A stretch of 64,000 nucleotides of DNA from Tubulanus polymorphus (taxonomy: Eukaryota; Animalia; Nemertea). The stretch is from NCBI RefSeq assembly GCF_964204645.1, contig NC_134036.1, positions 2,790,001-2,854,000 of the forward strand, in the 5' to 3' direction. Positions 9,801 through 21,764 of the stretch are shown piece after piece. The notes under the pieces were generated by a model, which worked only from the letters and a program-made list of their open reading frames with translations, ran no database searches and was not told the DNA's origin. Each line of letters opens with the position of its first letter. Position 1 is the stretch's first letter. The position numbers and the translations under genes were made by a program.

Positions 9801-12800
9801 TCGCCGCCATCTTTGGAATTTCGTCTCGGTTCATCTTGCGAATCGTGTGACGCTCTCAGCTGCTCCTGTCGAATATCGATGCTGTCTTTACTCGATCGTC
9901 TTAATCGATCTTTGCGGGTTCTTTTCATCGGTTCTTTCTTCATCTCTGTCGCCCGTACGCTCTTCCGACCCGCGCCGCCCGTTTTTTCCGTTTCTCGACG
10001 TGTTTTCTCCGACTGAACGCGAACGAGCTTCCGTCCGATGTTCAGTTCATCGTCGTCGTCACCGCAACAATCATCCTCGATGATTCCCGATTCGCGTCGC
10101 ATCTGTTTAAAACTAGTGCTCTCGACGATCTCTAAACTGGCGCTGGTTGCAAACGACCGGTCCGGCGATGAAACAATGTCCATGTTACCGTGCAACGGGT
10201 CACACGACGATAGATAATCGGTTTCGAGTGTCGTCGATGGCAAATCTAAACTCAACGAACTGGCTCGACTAATCTCGATCAACGCGTTGCGCCAATTCTC
10301 GCCTTTCTCGGCCAATGATCCGATATCGTAACCCTGCGTCACTAAATTCGGTACGAAATCAACGAGACTTTGTTCGATGAATTCTCGCGCGTAAATCGCA
10401 GCCTGTTCGTCGCACGTCTCCTCGTATTCGTCGCGTGTTTCCACGATTATCGAATCGACGATATCATTGATAATCTCGATTTGATACGTTTGATGCGCCT
10501 GTTGGATGATCTCGTTGACGAAGTCGTACGCGCACGTCGTCAACAGGCGGTCGCTAACGACCACGGGCGATGAAGTCTCCATCTCGCCGCTCTGTGATCG
10601 AAGGCGTTGGAATTCGTCCAAACTCGATTCGACCGACGTTTGTTCCGTGCAATTTTGATTGAGAATGTTGACGCTTTCTTGCAAAACGTCGTCGACGAAC
10701 TGCATAGCAATCGCCTCCTCAGACGCGGCCGCCTGCCGATTGGTCGATTCGCAACAATCGTAAATATTCACCGATTGATCGCCGCGACGACGACAAACCT
10801 CCGCTATCACCGTCGTAGATGACAACGCGTCGTTAACGGTATTGTTGGCGATTTCGCTGGTTCGTTCTTTCAAAACGTCGACGGCGTCTTCGATGAGTTT
10901 ATTGACGAAAAACGCCGAGAAATTAAAAATCTGTTCGTCGTCCGTGAGACTGTCGTCAAAATAATACGTATCGTCAAAAACGTGGACCTCGCGAAGACGA
11001 CACGACGATAACGTCGCCCCTGACGACGATGATGCGTATTGTTGCTGTAAGTCGGCGAGATCGACGAGCGAACACGTGTTACTGCCGATCGACGACAGAT
11101 CCTCGTCGCTGATGTCGCAATCGGACGCCGTGACGACTGAAGCTTGTTGCTGATCGCGTATGAATCGTACCCGCGACGCTGGCAGCGCCGCCTGCTGGTT
11201 CGAATCATGAACTATATCTCTAGCGATATCATGCGCGACGTAATTCCCATCACCTAACATCATCAGTTTATACGTTGTTGTCGCCGCGGCGTCCATTGTT
11301 GGCGGTTTTACATAATACTTCTTACGGCAAATACTGACAGCTTGGTCGATGATGTCATCGATGTAACTTTGAACGGTTGTTAGGAATTCCGGATCTTCGT
11401 TGTCGGCGGCGATTTGAGAATAACGGTATACGCGTGGTCGATGGCGTTGCCTATTCGGTGGTGGTGGTGGCGCCGCTGTACATGTCGTCGCGTTCAGCTT
11501 CGAATGGCGTTTCAAACACGATGGACATTTCCGGCGTTGTCGACGTCGTTGTTGCTCGGTAACTGTCATCTCGGCGATGTTCGCTAGGTTACGTTTATCG
11601 GGAATTCTCTCATCTCTTCGAACGTCGTGCGTTAATTTCTCCCAATTTTCAGTCGTTCTATCGCTACGTCGACGCTCGTCTGCATTGCCATCGGTTACTC
11701 GCTCGACTACAGTTGCTATGGTTCTACCGACTAAATGAGCCCGGGATGATGCTGTCCCTCGTTGCTCTGTGTCGACGTGCTTTGCTAGAATGCACCACAA
11801 TCGAGTCATATCCTGTTTTCCGAACTCGGCCGTCTCCGGATCCACGTCCTTGAGATCATCCGTTCCTTCGTGAACGACTTCTTCGTTTACTTCTCGCGCC
11901 ACCTGGTGACCGATTACTTCACCAGTAGAGCATTCCTCGGCGAGGTGCTTCCCCAGTTTACCCCAGCGCGTTCCGATTTGCTCCGGTTGCGTTTCGGCTC
12001 GTTGTTTTCCCGTGAAACTCTCGACGATTTCTAAACTCGATTCACGACGAATTTTGTCGATGATTTTGTCAGTGTCGATCGGTCGATTCTTCTTGGTGTC
12101 GTCGGATAGATGTTCCCCGAGTGTTGCCCAGCGCGGAGTCGCGTATTTCGACGGGCCTTTTTCGAAACTTTGCCCGGCGAATTCTCGTATGATCTTTATT
12201 GTCGTCTTCGATTTAGTCTTCTGCGCCGGTTCATCATCTTCGACGGTGTTGGACTGCGAAACGCCCTTCGAAAGCCGATCCCAATCTTCGTCGTAATCTC
12301 GACCGCTGCACGACTTCAATTTCTGCTCGTCATCTGCAGCGAGGTCATTTCCAAAAATATCTGTAACCACAGCGAAATTTGGACACGACTCCGAGCGCTC
12401 TTTGACGTCGAGTTCCTCGTCGTAGCTGGCGCTTCGTTCGGGAACGAGGAGGCGTCCGAGGTGATCCCATCGGTCTCGCGTACGGATATTCGGAATTTCT
12501 AACGGATTCGCACGCGGACGCTCGCTCTGCGCGAATATCTGATCACCACCAGGTGGCGTTCCCATCACCCCGCAATTCGATAGATCGTTCCACGAACTTG
12601 CTAAACCCGTTGATGATATGTTGATATTCAACGAGTCCATCTTCGATACTTCTGGTTCTGGTTGCATCGCTTTCTTGATGCACAGTTGTAATTTCAAAGC
12701 ATCGGCATCGATGGCGCCATCTATTGAATCCTGGCGTAGTTTACGTATGACTTCTTCTGGGTCAAAGTTCGGCCCATCGCGTTCATTCGTCAGGTTATTC

Positions 12801-14359
12801 AAACTGTTCTGCGGAGTCATGGGTTCGCAGTCTGTGTCACACAGAATACCGAGGTGGAGTTTCTTCTGGCGCACCTCCTCAAGTAGATATGCATTTTTGA
12901 TGCACGGTAGCTCCCCCTGCGACGCGTGAAGTTGCGTCGGATCCGCAAAACTCGTCTGAGGCGTCAACGTACGGTGACATTCGTCTTTTTCATTGTCGTC
13001 CTGGACGACTTCGGCGCTTCGTCGCAGAGCTTTCGACAACGCGGAGGAGCGCTCTTTACGTCGCATATCGAACGTGTCTTTCAACGAGCGTTCCCACGAA
13101 TTTTTCAAAATTCCCATCGGTTTCCGGTCCGGCGCAACGGTGGCGCTAGTAGCATCGGCGGCTTTGTTGTCATCGTCGGTGTTGTCGATCGGAAACGCGG
13201 CGAATTTCGATTCGGATTTCAAACAATGCGGCGAGTTGCAATAATCGTCTTCTTCTTCGAGAACATCGCTGAGATATTTCTGCAGAATCTTTCGCTTCTG
13301 TTCGACGTTGATCAGTTGATCGATGTTCGTCAGTTCGGGCATGCCGTGTTGCTGCATGAAATACTCGAATTTCTTATCGACGAGACTCGCGCTTTCGACC
13401 ATCGTATTATCGAACGCCGCGAACAAATCGACGCCGTCCGGACCGGCGACCCATTCGCGCAACTCGCGTAATTCAGAGATTTTCTGATTCCGTTCTTTCG
13501 CTTGTTCTTTCATTTCGTGGTCGCTGAGCATGCTCCCAGTTCGGAGAAACTTTGCCGATTTCGCCGCGCGATCGTCGTCGGGGCCGACGCCCCCGAGACG
13601 CATTCCTCCCAATTCGTCGAAACCCGTCCAACTCTTCCGTCGATGATCGTTCACCTTCTCGTCTTCATCTTCGTCTTCCTCGGCGATGCTGCGATACGGC
13701 GGCGTGTATAAATTCCCCGAGCCGATACTCGACCAATCGTAATGCTCTTTCATCGCACGTCGCTTTGCGCGGATTTTCTCCATGATCTCTGCGTTCCAGA
13801 AACTCGGCAGGCTGTTCTCGCGCGCGTAACGATCGAAATCCGTCTCCGGCGGAATATGCGGCGCTCCGCTTAACGATGTATTGTTCTTGTTGAACTCGGG
13901 ACAAAGCGGCGCGTCCGGCGTCGAAGTCGACGTCTTCGACGAGTCGTCCGATTCGGATTTAACGTCCGCTTCGTTGGAGTCGCCGAAGTTACCGAAATCA
14001 CGATCGATACTAAACTGCGAGCGGATACCCCATTGTAACGGTTTCGCGGCCGCGGCGGCCATCGGTAAACTAAACGCGTTGTAATTATCGCTATCGTCCT
14101 CGGTGAGCGGATCCGGCGTTACCGGGTAACCGCGCTGTTCTAGATCGCTCAATTCCTGATCGTCGCTGTCCGACGAAAGCGATTTCGCCGGTAATCCCGC
14201 GTTCAACATCATGTTCAACGAACGTCGTAACGTTCTATAGAGTTTATGCGAAGTGATGTCCTCGTTGCCGAGAATGAAGGTCGATAGTTTCGAGCCGTAT
14301 TTATGAAGCGGGATCAAGTCTAAACTCGGCACGGTGAACGCTTGCAGAGCGATTGTTAT
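6821..14359 (-). CDS. PRUNE2: prune giant alternative exon 8B (PRUNE2-like): DHHA2 C-terminal segment plus ~2460 aa disordered scaffold; may instead read through to the stop at 6788
   Basis: 7.5 kb open frame with acceptor tatatttttag|ATA ACA ATC at 14359, phase 0. The first ~48 aa (ITIALQAFTVPSLDLIPLHKYGSKLSTFILGNEDITSHKLYRTLRRSL) align with the short prune last exon. Candidate donor AAG|gtaaag at 6821; in-frame TAG at 6788-6790. Confidence 0.8.
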
Positions 14360-15132
14360 CTAAAAATATATAGAATTATCGTAGACTTAAGTTTCAGCCC
14401 TTAAAGTTGCTGAAAAAAGGTTAAAGATAACCGGCGGATAAATACCAGAGTAACAATAAAACTTTTAAATGTCAACTATCCATTGGTTAACTCTAACCAA
14501 CTTTTGAGCACTTTCGACCCCAGACTTCTAATTTGATCGGAGCCTACGTTAAATTGTTAAATCGATAAAATTTTTTCAAATGTAACTGAATTGAATTCAA
14601 CTGGCGAAAAGGTATTAATGTTGGAGGATCAAGGAAATAAGAAAAAAGAAATCAGTGTAGATCTATACACTTGAGCAAATATGACGAAGATTGAATTGAA
14701 AATCATGGTTTGGTCACATTTATCCATTCATTCATACCAGATGAATTTGGAGAAAAAAAACACCGACAGTGTCAACAACATCTACATGCATTTATGAAAA
14801 AAAAAAACGAAAATGACACTGAAAGCTACTGAAATGTGTAGGACAACATACCTCGGGTCCAGGAGTTTGAGTTATATTCAAAAGCACCATTATCATAGGT
14901 CTGAAGTTTTTCTACTGTTTTTACAGTTTACGGTAATGAATGAGATTCAGATGAAGTGATGTTCCATTCAAAAGATATTTGAGACATATTCGAGAACTAA
15001 AATCTATAGTGAAGTTAGGCTATTTTTTCGCGAGTTAAGCGTATCCAAAAATTTTACGTTGACACAAAATCTAACACAATGACACAAAAAATCGTTTATC
15101 TACAAAATTTTGACTTTCAAGTTTTATTTCGA

Positions 15133-15291
15133 TCACGTAGAAATGACAGTTTTCACGATCGGCAATATGGCTTTACGCGACGCGGCGATATTGCCTTGAC
15201 GATAGGCTATAAAGTCGGCTGACGGTACCGACCGAATCGGAGTGAGATCCAAAACAGGACCGGGAGTGTCGACGCGGAGTGCTCGGTCGAT
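15133..15291 (-). CDS. PRUNE1: prune short terminal exon 8A (PRUNE1-like; completes 368 aa isoform)
   Basis: Acceptor cgcttgcag|ATC, phase 0. IDRALRVDTPGPVLDLTPIRSVPSADFIAYRQGNIAASRKAILPIVKTVIST* matches the prune C-terminal QGN...SRK..LP motif. Confidence 0.9.
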   Translation of the reverse strand: MDRALRVDTPGPVLDLTPIRSVPSADFIAYRQGNIAASRKAILPIVKTVIST

Positions 15292-15907
15292 CTGCAAGCG
15301 AATGATGAAAACAAAGACCGAATTACGAAACAACATCGAAGTATTTACAGTGGACCCGAAACGCAAGTGGTTATTGAAACAAACAATCCAGAGTTGAAAT
15401 GAAATCGCCAAGTTCCACAAACAGATGGAAATAAGATCAGTTTCATAAAAATATTAAGGTGTATGCTCATCTGGGTTTCCCCAGGGTTTCCTTACTCACA
15501 ATTTGAATGTTATCACAGCTCCTATTCTTTGAGAAAACATTTATAAGACTTGTTTTAAAATTGCTGCATTTTTACATTTTGTTATTAGCACCGGTAGATT
15601 TTTCAGGTCAACACCAGTAACACTATCAACTTAAAGTCTTATGTTATAAAATATTATACTACTTAATTTCCTTGTCTAAAAGATGAGAAACTTTATCAAA
15701 ACTGAATCAACATTCCAACATTGTATGCATGGCTCACTGAAGTATCTTTGTAAGGGGTGGGAACACTTATTTCAGGGTCCACTGTAGGGGGAACACTTAT
15801 ATACATAAGACTACAGTGAAAATGTTGACATATCCAAAACAAGTTTAAACTAAAGAAAATAATGTGACCAACATAAATGAAATGCTGAAAGATATGCTGT
15901 AACCTAC

Positions 15908-16066
15908 CTTATCGCGGAGGCTTGGGTTTGTGGAGTATATAGCTAACTGACGTTCAATGCAATCATCAGTAGAGGGAGCCACTGTCAAGATGACGGCAGC
16001 GTCGGCTTTTTGTAGCGCGAGGAACTTCAACAAATCGGAATCGATTTTCGAACGATGGAGAAACGT
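15908..16066 (-). CDS. PRUNE1: prune coding exon 7 (DHHA2 domain)
   Basis: tttcag|ACG ... GATAAG|gtaggt, 159 nt, phase 0-0. Encodes TFLHRSKIDSDLLKFLALQKADAAVILTV...IERQLAIYS. Confidence 0.9.
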
Positions 16067-16143
16067 CTGAAACCGGTGAAAATTTTGATTTAAAAACAGC
16101 CACTATGGCAGCCATGTATGGTACTCGTCAATTTAAGGCTTAC

Positions 16144-16238
16144 CTCCAAGTGCACGGGCACAGAACTCATAGCGATTACAAACGAATTTGAAGTGACGAC
16201 TTTTAAATCTTTGCGTAAAATCTCCAAATTTGTCAACC
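16144..16238 (-). CDS. PRUNE1: prune coding exon 6
   Basis: ttttcaag|GG TTG ... GAG|gtaagc, 95 nt, phase 1-0. Encodes GLTNLEILRKDLKVV (prune/PPX1 L-x-KD-x-K motif). Confidence 0.9.
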
Positions 16239-16839
16239 CTTGAAAAGAAATTAACATGCTTAAAAGAAAGTCGAAGTGAGTGAAAGATGGAGGTACTGAA
16301 AAGGAGATTAATGCTACTGTCCATAAGATGGAGGTATTGAAAAGGAGATAGATCCAAATGTCCAAAAGATGGAGGTATTGAAGAAGAGATAAATGTGAAT
16401 ATCCAAAAATGTTGTATTCTTCCTGAAGCTGTTGATCCAAAATAGGAGTGACTTTTCGATATATTAACAGTTTGCAAATCTTTTAAGTAGGAACATTTGA
16501 TTCGGAAGTGAAAAGTTGTTTTGAAGCCAATGATGTTGGTGTCACAAAACTTTTTTAAGTGAACCAAGATGTTGCAATTATCAGTGAGAGATTCATCCAG
16601 TGTAGCGTTCCAGTGTAGCGTTAAGGTGCCAGTGTAGCGTTCTAACCACTGTGCCACCAAAGCAGCTTGTATCATTGAGAGGTGCTGCCATCTATTGAAA
16701 AAATTACCCGAACCAAAGCCGCTAACATATACCTAACTCGATTTAAAAAAATAACTTCTTGTGCGCACAATGACCTTTTCTCGACAATAAGAGTCGCCAT
16801 CTATGGCACGTTCTACTAACTAAAGCTTTTTGTACGTAC

Positions 16840-16995
16840 CTGTTATGTCCATTTTCGCGGTTTGTATCTCGGAGAAAATCTGTTTGCGTTCGACTTTCGG
16901 CATAAAATCCTCAAGTCGCGTTAAAACGTTGATGTCCTTATCGGTCGTTTTCTTCGCCTCCGGATTCAGACAGATCGTGTCTACTAATATCGTCG
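16840..16995 (-). CDS. PRUNE1: prune coding exon 5
   Basis: tttctatag|CG ... ACA G|gtacgt, 156 nt, phase 1-1. Encodes ATILVDTICLNPEAKKTTDKD...IFSEIQTAKMDIT (DHH-family I-x-x-D-T motif). Confidence 0.9.
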
Positions 16996-18001
16996 CTATA
17001 GAAACATAAAACAATAAAAAAACGTTAGAGAATAAGAGCTTCCCGCCGAATGACCTTAATAAGTTGGTTTGCGTATATGTGGCCGGTAAACCAACTGTTT
17101 CATCTTTGGTCAAGACATATCTGATATTACATAAGGCAATATGACCTTCAGGCCTACAAGTTGTTCTTCCCCATCATATGCCACTGACCAGTTTTATAAA
17201 CTCTACCTAATCTACTGTATCATCTAGCTATGTTACTGCTTTTGCAAACTTTCAAACGCTTTAGATAATTGAATTGACAAGAAGATGACTTTAAATAGTT
17301 TGATTAGCCACATTTGATTTGGAACAACTGTTAAAATTAAATTCTATTCTTATTTGGTGATATTTTATATATTTGCTAACTGTTTTATGTTTGCTATGCT
17401 ATCATTTTATCTATTTGCCCAATGTTTTATGTCTGAAATTTGCAAAGTTTGTTGATACATTTCATATATCAGATTATAAATGAATATCATTATCATCATT
17501 ATTCTTTGAGTATCAAGCATTTAGAATTTAATTGGAAAATAGATGAATCACCAACTTTATCGGGGAAGGCCATAGCCTATGAAGTCTATGGCGAAAATGT
17601 AAAATTTGCACCTAAGACATTTTCGCCTGCGGCCAAGTTTCCCCTTAGAATTGAATTAGAATGAAGTTGTGTGACCAACTTACCTTACAAAGTCTAAAAT
17701 AACTCTAAATTTGACCTAAAAAATCTTTTCTTGCTGTCAGGTATAATGCCCCTTTGAATTGAATTGGAACCAAGATATGTAACCATGTTAAAAACACAAA
17801 AGCCTAAAATCTAACCTAACAATTTTTATCAGTGGCCAATTTAATGTTTCAAGCACTCAAGAATAGAATTGAAAAGTACCAGTAGCAGAATTGCCAATTT
17901 TACTAAGTGAAGCCATAGCTTGTCAGAACTTACACTCTTCAGTAGCATTTTCTCCAACAAGTTACAAGCACTTCAAATCGAATTGAAAGACACATATTTA
18001 C

Positions 18002-18111
18002 CATGTAATAATCCCGCTATAACCGAGTTGAATTTGAATTTTTTACAAGCGATTAGTTTCTCGGCAACCAGTGTACTGCAACTTCCCACGCTTTCGATTG
18101 TCATCTTAGCC
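18002..18111 (-). CDS. PRUNE1: prune coding exon 4
   Basis: Not in the ORF track. tttgtttccag|G GCT ... CAT G|gtaaat, 110 nt, phase 2-1. Encodes AKMTIESVGSCSTLVAEKL (VGSCxTLV motif). Confidence 0.92.
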
Positions 18112-18934
18112 CTGGAAACAAACGCAAAGCGGAATATTAGGTAATTCTACAAATCTCCCTAAAAATATTATGATAGCTTAACTGATAATAGCTGCAATCA
18201 CACGACCACTTTTGACCTGGGCCTGAACCAATCTAGGCCTGTAACTACTATCCACACGAGTGTCAAATGGGCCTGTGCCAAAAACGCTGGACCAGGCCCA
18301 ACCAAATTTTTAGATTTTTTTCGTTTCTCCACCCACTGAGCACCACTCAGGGCATTATCAGCAGGTTTGAGACTTTTACAAGGAGAGAGAGGCCAGAGGG
18401 CGACCATCAACCATGAAACACTGCCACTGCCACAAGTATTTAAAGCTAAACCCTGGATCGTTGAGAGACCAGTACTAAAAAGTTCGTTTTTTTCCACTGA
18501 TGTTTCGCAGTTGATTTAGAAAAGGAAAGTTTCCAATACGTTTTCTATAAGCCACAGGGAAACCTATTAGGGAGATTCAAGCTTTATTTGGCCGTTTATC
18601 TGCGGGAAAAATGCAATAAACTACTCCAAGTTGCTTTATCTGGTGAACCCCTCTCGTTCAGTGGCTGCGGAGATAAAGCCAATAATGAAATGCCCACGAT
18701 TTACTTCTAGTTCCAATCAGTCAAACTATGTCGGCATAAGCTTCATGCCTACAGGCAAAATCCGGCTTAGCTCCGACTGTATTTGAGCACGAGGGGAAAT
18801 TGAGTTCGATGCGTATAATTAGTGAAAACTTGGGGAGGAAATTCTTCCCGATGCTGATTTATTCTCAACAAGTGAATTCTGCAGAACAATTCTGGCATTT
18901 TTACTCCAGAAGATATCAATCAAGGAATGAAAGG

Positions 18935-19965
18935 TAAACCATTTTTAGATACTGATCCTGACAAACTGGGACAGTAAACCTTTAAAAGGCACTATTCCAG
19001 CAATAGTGGGTAGTACATAAACTATGGCATTTACAGAGGCTGATCCTGACAGTCAGGGGGACAGTAAATAATTGGAAGGCACTATTCCTGATAATGAGGG
19101 TAGTAAGTAAGCCATGGATGGCATTTTCAGAGATAGTACCTGGTACAGTCATAGGCAGTTCCTAACAATGAGGGGACAGCAAACCACCTTGAAGGCACTA
19201 TCCCTGATAAAGTGGGGCAGTAAACAAACCATGGCATTTTCAGAGACAGCACCTGACAGTAGACTTTGCAGAGGCTGTTTCTGGGAATCAGGGGGTAAAC
19301 CATTTACAGAGACTGCTCCTTACAATAAGGGGACAGATGAGCACTTTCAGGGAGGGTTCCTGACAATCAGGTGACAGTTAACCAATTTCAGAGACTGTTC
19401 TTGGCAATTGAACGAAACCATTTTTAGAGACAAAATCTGGTAGAGTAGACCTTTTTCAGAGGCTGTTCCTGACAATCAGGGGACAGTAAACCACTTTCAG
19501 AGATTGTTCTTGGCAATCAGAGGACAGTAAACCATTTTCAGAGACTGTTCTTGGCAATCAGAGGACAGCAAACCATTTTCAGAGACTGTTCTTGGCAATC
19601 AGAGGACAGCAAACCATTTTCAGAGACTGTTCTTGGCAATCAGAGGACAGCAAACCATTTTCAGAGACTGTTCTTGGCAATCAGAGGACAGCAAACTTTT
19701 TCAGAGACTGTTCTTGGCAATCAGAGGACAGCAAACCATTTTCAGAGACTGTTCTTGGCAATCAGAGGGCAGTAAACCATTTTCAGAGACTGTTCTTGGC
19801 AATCAGAGGACAGCAAACCATTTTCAGAGAATGTTCTTGGTAATTGGGGACAGGAAACCATTTCTAGAGGCAATACTTGGTACAGTAAACCTTTTTCAAA
19901 GACTGACTATTCCCGACAAATCAAGGAACAGTAGAGCATCTTGAAAGAATATTCTTGACAATCAG
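18935..19965. repeat. 41-bp minisatellite, homogeneous core ~19490-19840 with degenerate flanks
   Basis: Unit aaaccattttcagagactgttcttggcaatcagaggacagc. Confidence 0.92.
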
Positions 19966-20026
19966 GGAGAGCAGGTAAGTCAAGGCATCAATAGTCTGAT
20001 AGATCTATCTCTCATCCGAATCTTAC

Positions 20027-20310
20027 CCTTCCATTTCGCACTGTTCTTTCGGCCGATGATCGATGACCTCGACGACGCAATCGGCGAATTCTTCGTCCGT
20101 CGACGACAATACGTGATGGTCGACCAACGACAATCGTAACCGCGATGATGCGTATAATGCGGCGAGATCGATCTCATCGCGGAATGTTAGATTATCGGAG
20201 CCGACCAGTTTGAACTTGTTCAGTAAATAGACGATCTCCGTGCGCAGGTTGAAATCGGCTTTCGGTATTCCGAGCACCGGAACGATCAACGTGAATTCAT
20301 CGGATTTTAT
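20027..20310 (-). CDS. PRUNE1: prune coding exon 3 (DHH catalytic motif)
   Basis: aattttag|ATA ... GAA GG|gtaaga, 284 nt, phase 0-2. Encodes VPVLGIPKADFNLRTE...FRDEIDL...LSLVDHHVL...VVEVIDHRP. Confidence 0.93.
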
Positions 20311-21764
20311 CTAAAATTACAAATAAAATGGAAAAATTAGTAAAATTATGCACAAATTTCGAACCCATACTAAAAATTTTAATTGACCGACTTTGACCCC
20401 GTTTCTTATTTTGCATGCAATGGCTGACAAAAAATGTGTGCCAGTTTAAACTTCATGCTCAAATGTGTAATTGTGGGCTAATTTTAGGGGTGTTAGGGTG
20501 GCCCTGGCCCCTTAAAAGCCCCGACCAAGCCTCGCAAGAAATCCTGATTTGTGAAAACTATCATATACACTCTTCATTGGGATTATCAAACCATTCGTGC
20601 TCAATAGTGTAATTCAAACAAGTCTCTCTGACTAATACTTCAGTGTCAAGATCTCATGTTTCTTGTCATATTTTTTCAAAAATTTCTAATCTCAAGTTAT
20701 CATCTTTTTTCTCTAAAAAGATCCTCTCAACTTTTTCATTGTCTCAGAGTTTTCAATTTCAAATCTTTTATTATTCTCTTTCAAGTTATTCGTCTTCTTT
20801 TATCATTCCTATCCATTTTCACCCTCAAGTTAATATCTCTTTTTTTAAAAACTCTCTTCTCATTTTTCTAAAATTTCGCTGAAAAATGTTGAAATACCTA
20901 ACATCGCGTAATAGGCCTATAGCTTAGGAGACTGACTTGGATTTCATTTCATAAATTCCCTTTCTTCAAATCGTTCCACCTTCTTTTTCAAGTTATTCGC
21001 CATTCGTATCTCCTTTGAGAGTTTGAAATCTCAAATTTTCACTGCAAGCTTTTATCTCAATTTCCAAGTCTTTTTCTCCATTTCTTTTTCTAAATTTGCC
21101 AAAATATTCAGGTTTTAGATTCCTTATATCATACAACCTAATCTTTAAAGCAATGGAGCAAATGTTTGACCGATAAGCTGGACTTCTCCTATATTACTTT
21201 TCCAATAATTACACAACTATCAAAATCTCAAAATTTTCACCCCAAGCTTTTTCTTTAATTTTCTATGTTTGCCAAAATCTTTTAAAATCATATTAAATTC
21301 CTTAATATCATAAATCTTAAACAATGTAGCAAATGTCCGACTGATAACCTGGACTTTGCTCTCTCATATTATATTACTTTTCCGATAATTACACAACGTG
21401 CCTCAAGCTCACAAACGATACGATCAAAGCCTTTTCGAAATTCGCTAAAGTCGAAATATCTCAAAAAGAAATGGACCATCTCCGATGTCTTCGACGATCA
21501 AAAGATTACAGAAAAAAAAAAACAACATACCGGTAAACGATATCAAAACAGATGAAAAGCACATAAAGCGATATATCATTAAGGGAAACAGGAGTAGGAA
21601 TGTATCATCCGCTAATCTGCACGATGGGAACATCACTTTGGAAAAAAAAACAATTAAGTCCATACGATCGTATCCGGCTGCCGTTTCCCAAAATAAAAAG
21701 CGACGCAATCATCGTCGTCTTTTATTTGAAAATTCTCTGCCGTGTATCTGCATGTTTGAACTAA

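Noticed and set aside
6776-14084. Many plus-strand and alternate-frame ORFs overlapping the giant exon
   Set aside because: Shadow ORFs expected from CpG-rich codon usage opposite a long real frame; no motifs or splice support.
6788-14332. 2514-aa ORF as a stand-alone gene, transposon or viral polyprotein
   Set aside because: It starts at GTG just inside a phase-0 acceptor, is homologous to prune exon 8A, and has no RT, integrase or capsid motifs.
19490-19944. Repeat arrays here and at 43540 and 60775 as CRISPR arrays or repeat proteins
   Set aside because: Head-to-tail units with no unique spacers, no cas genes and a eukaryotic context; the ORFs are translation artefacts.
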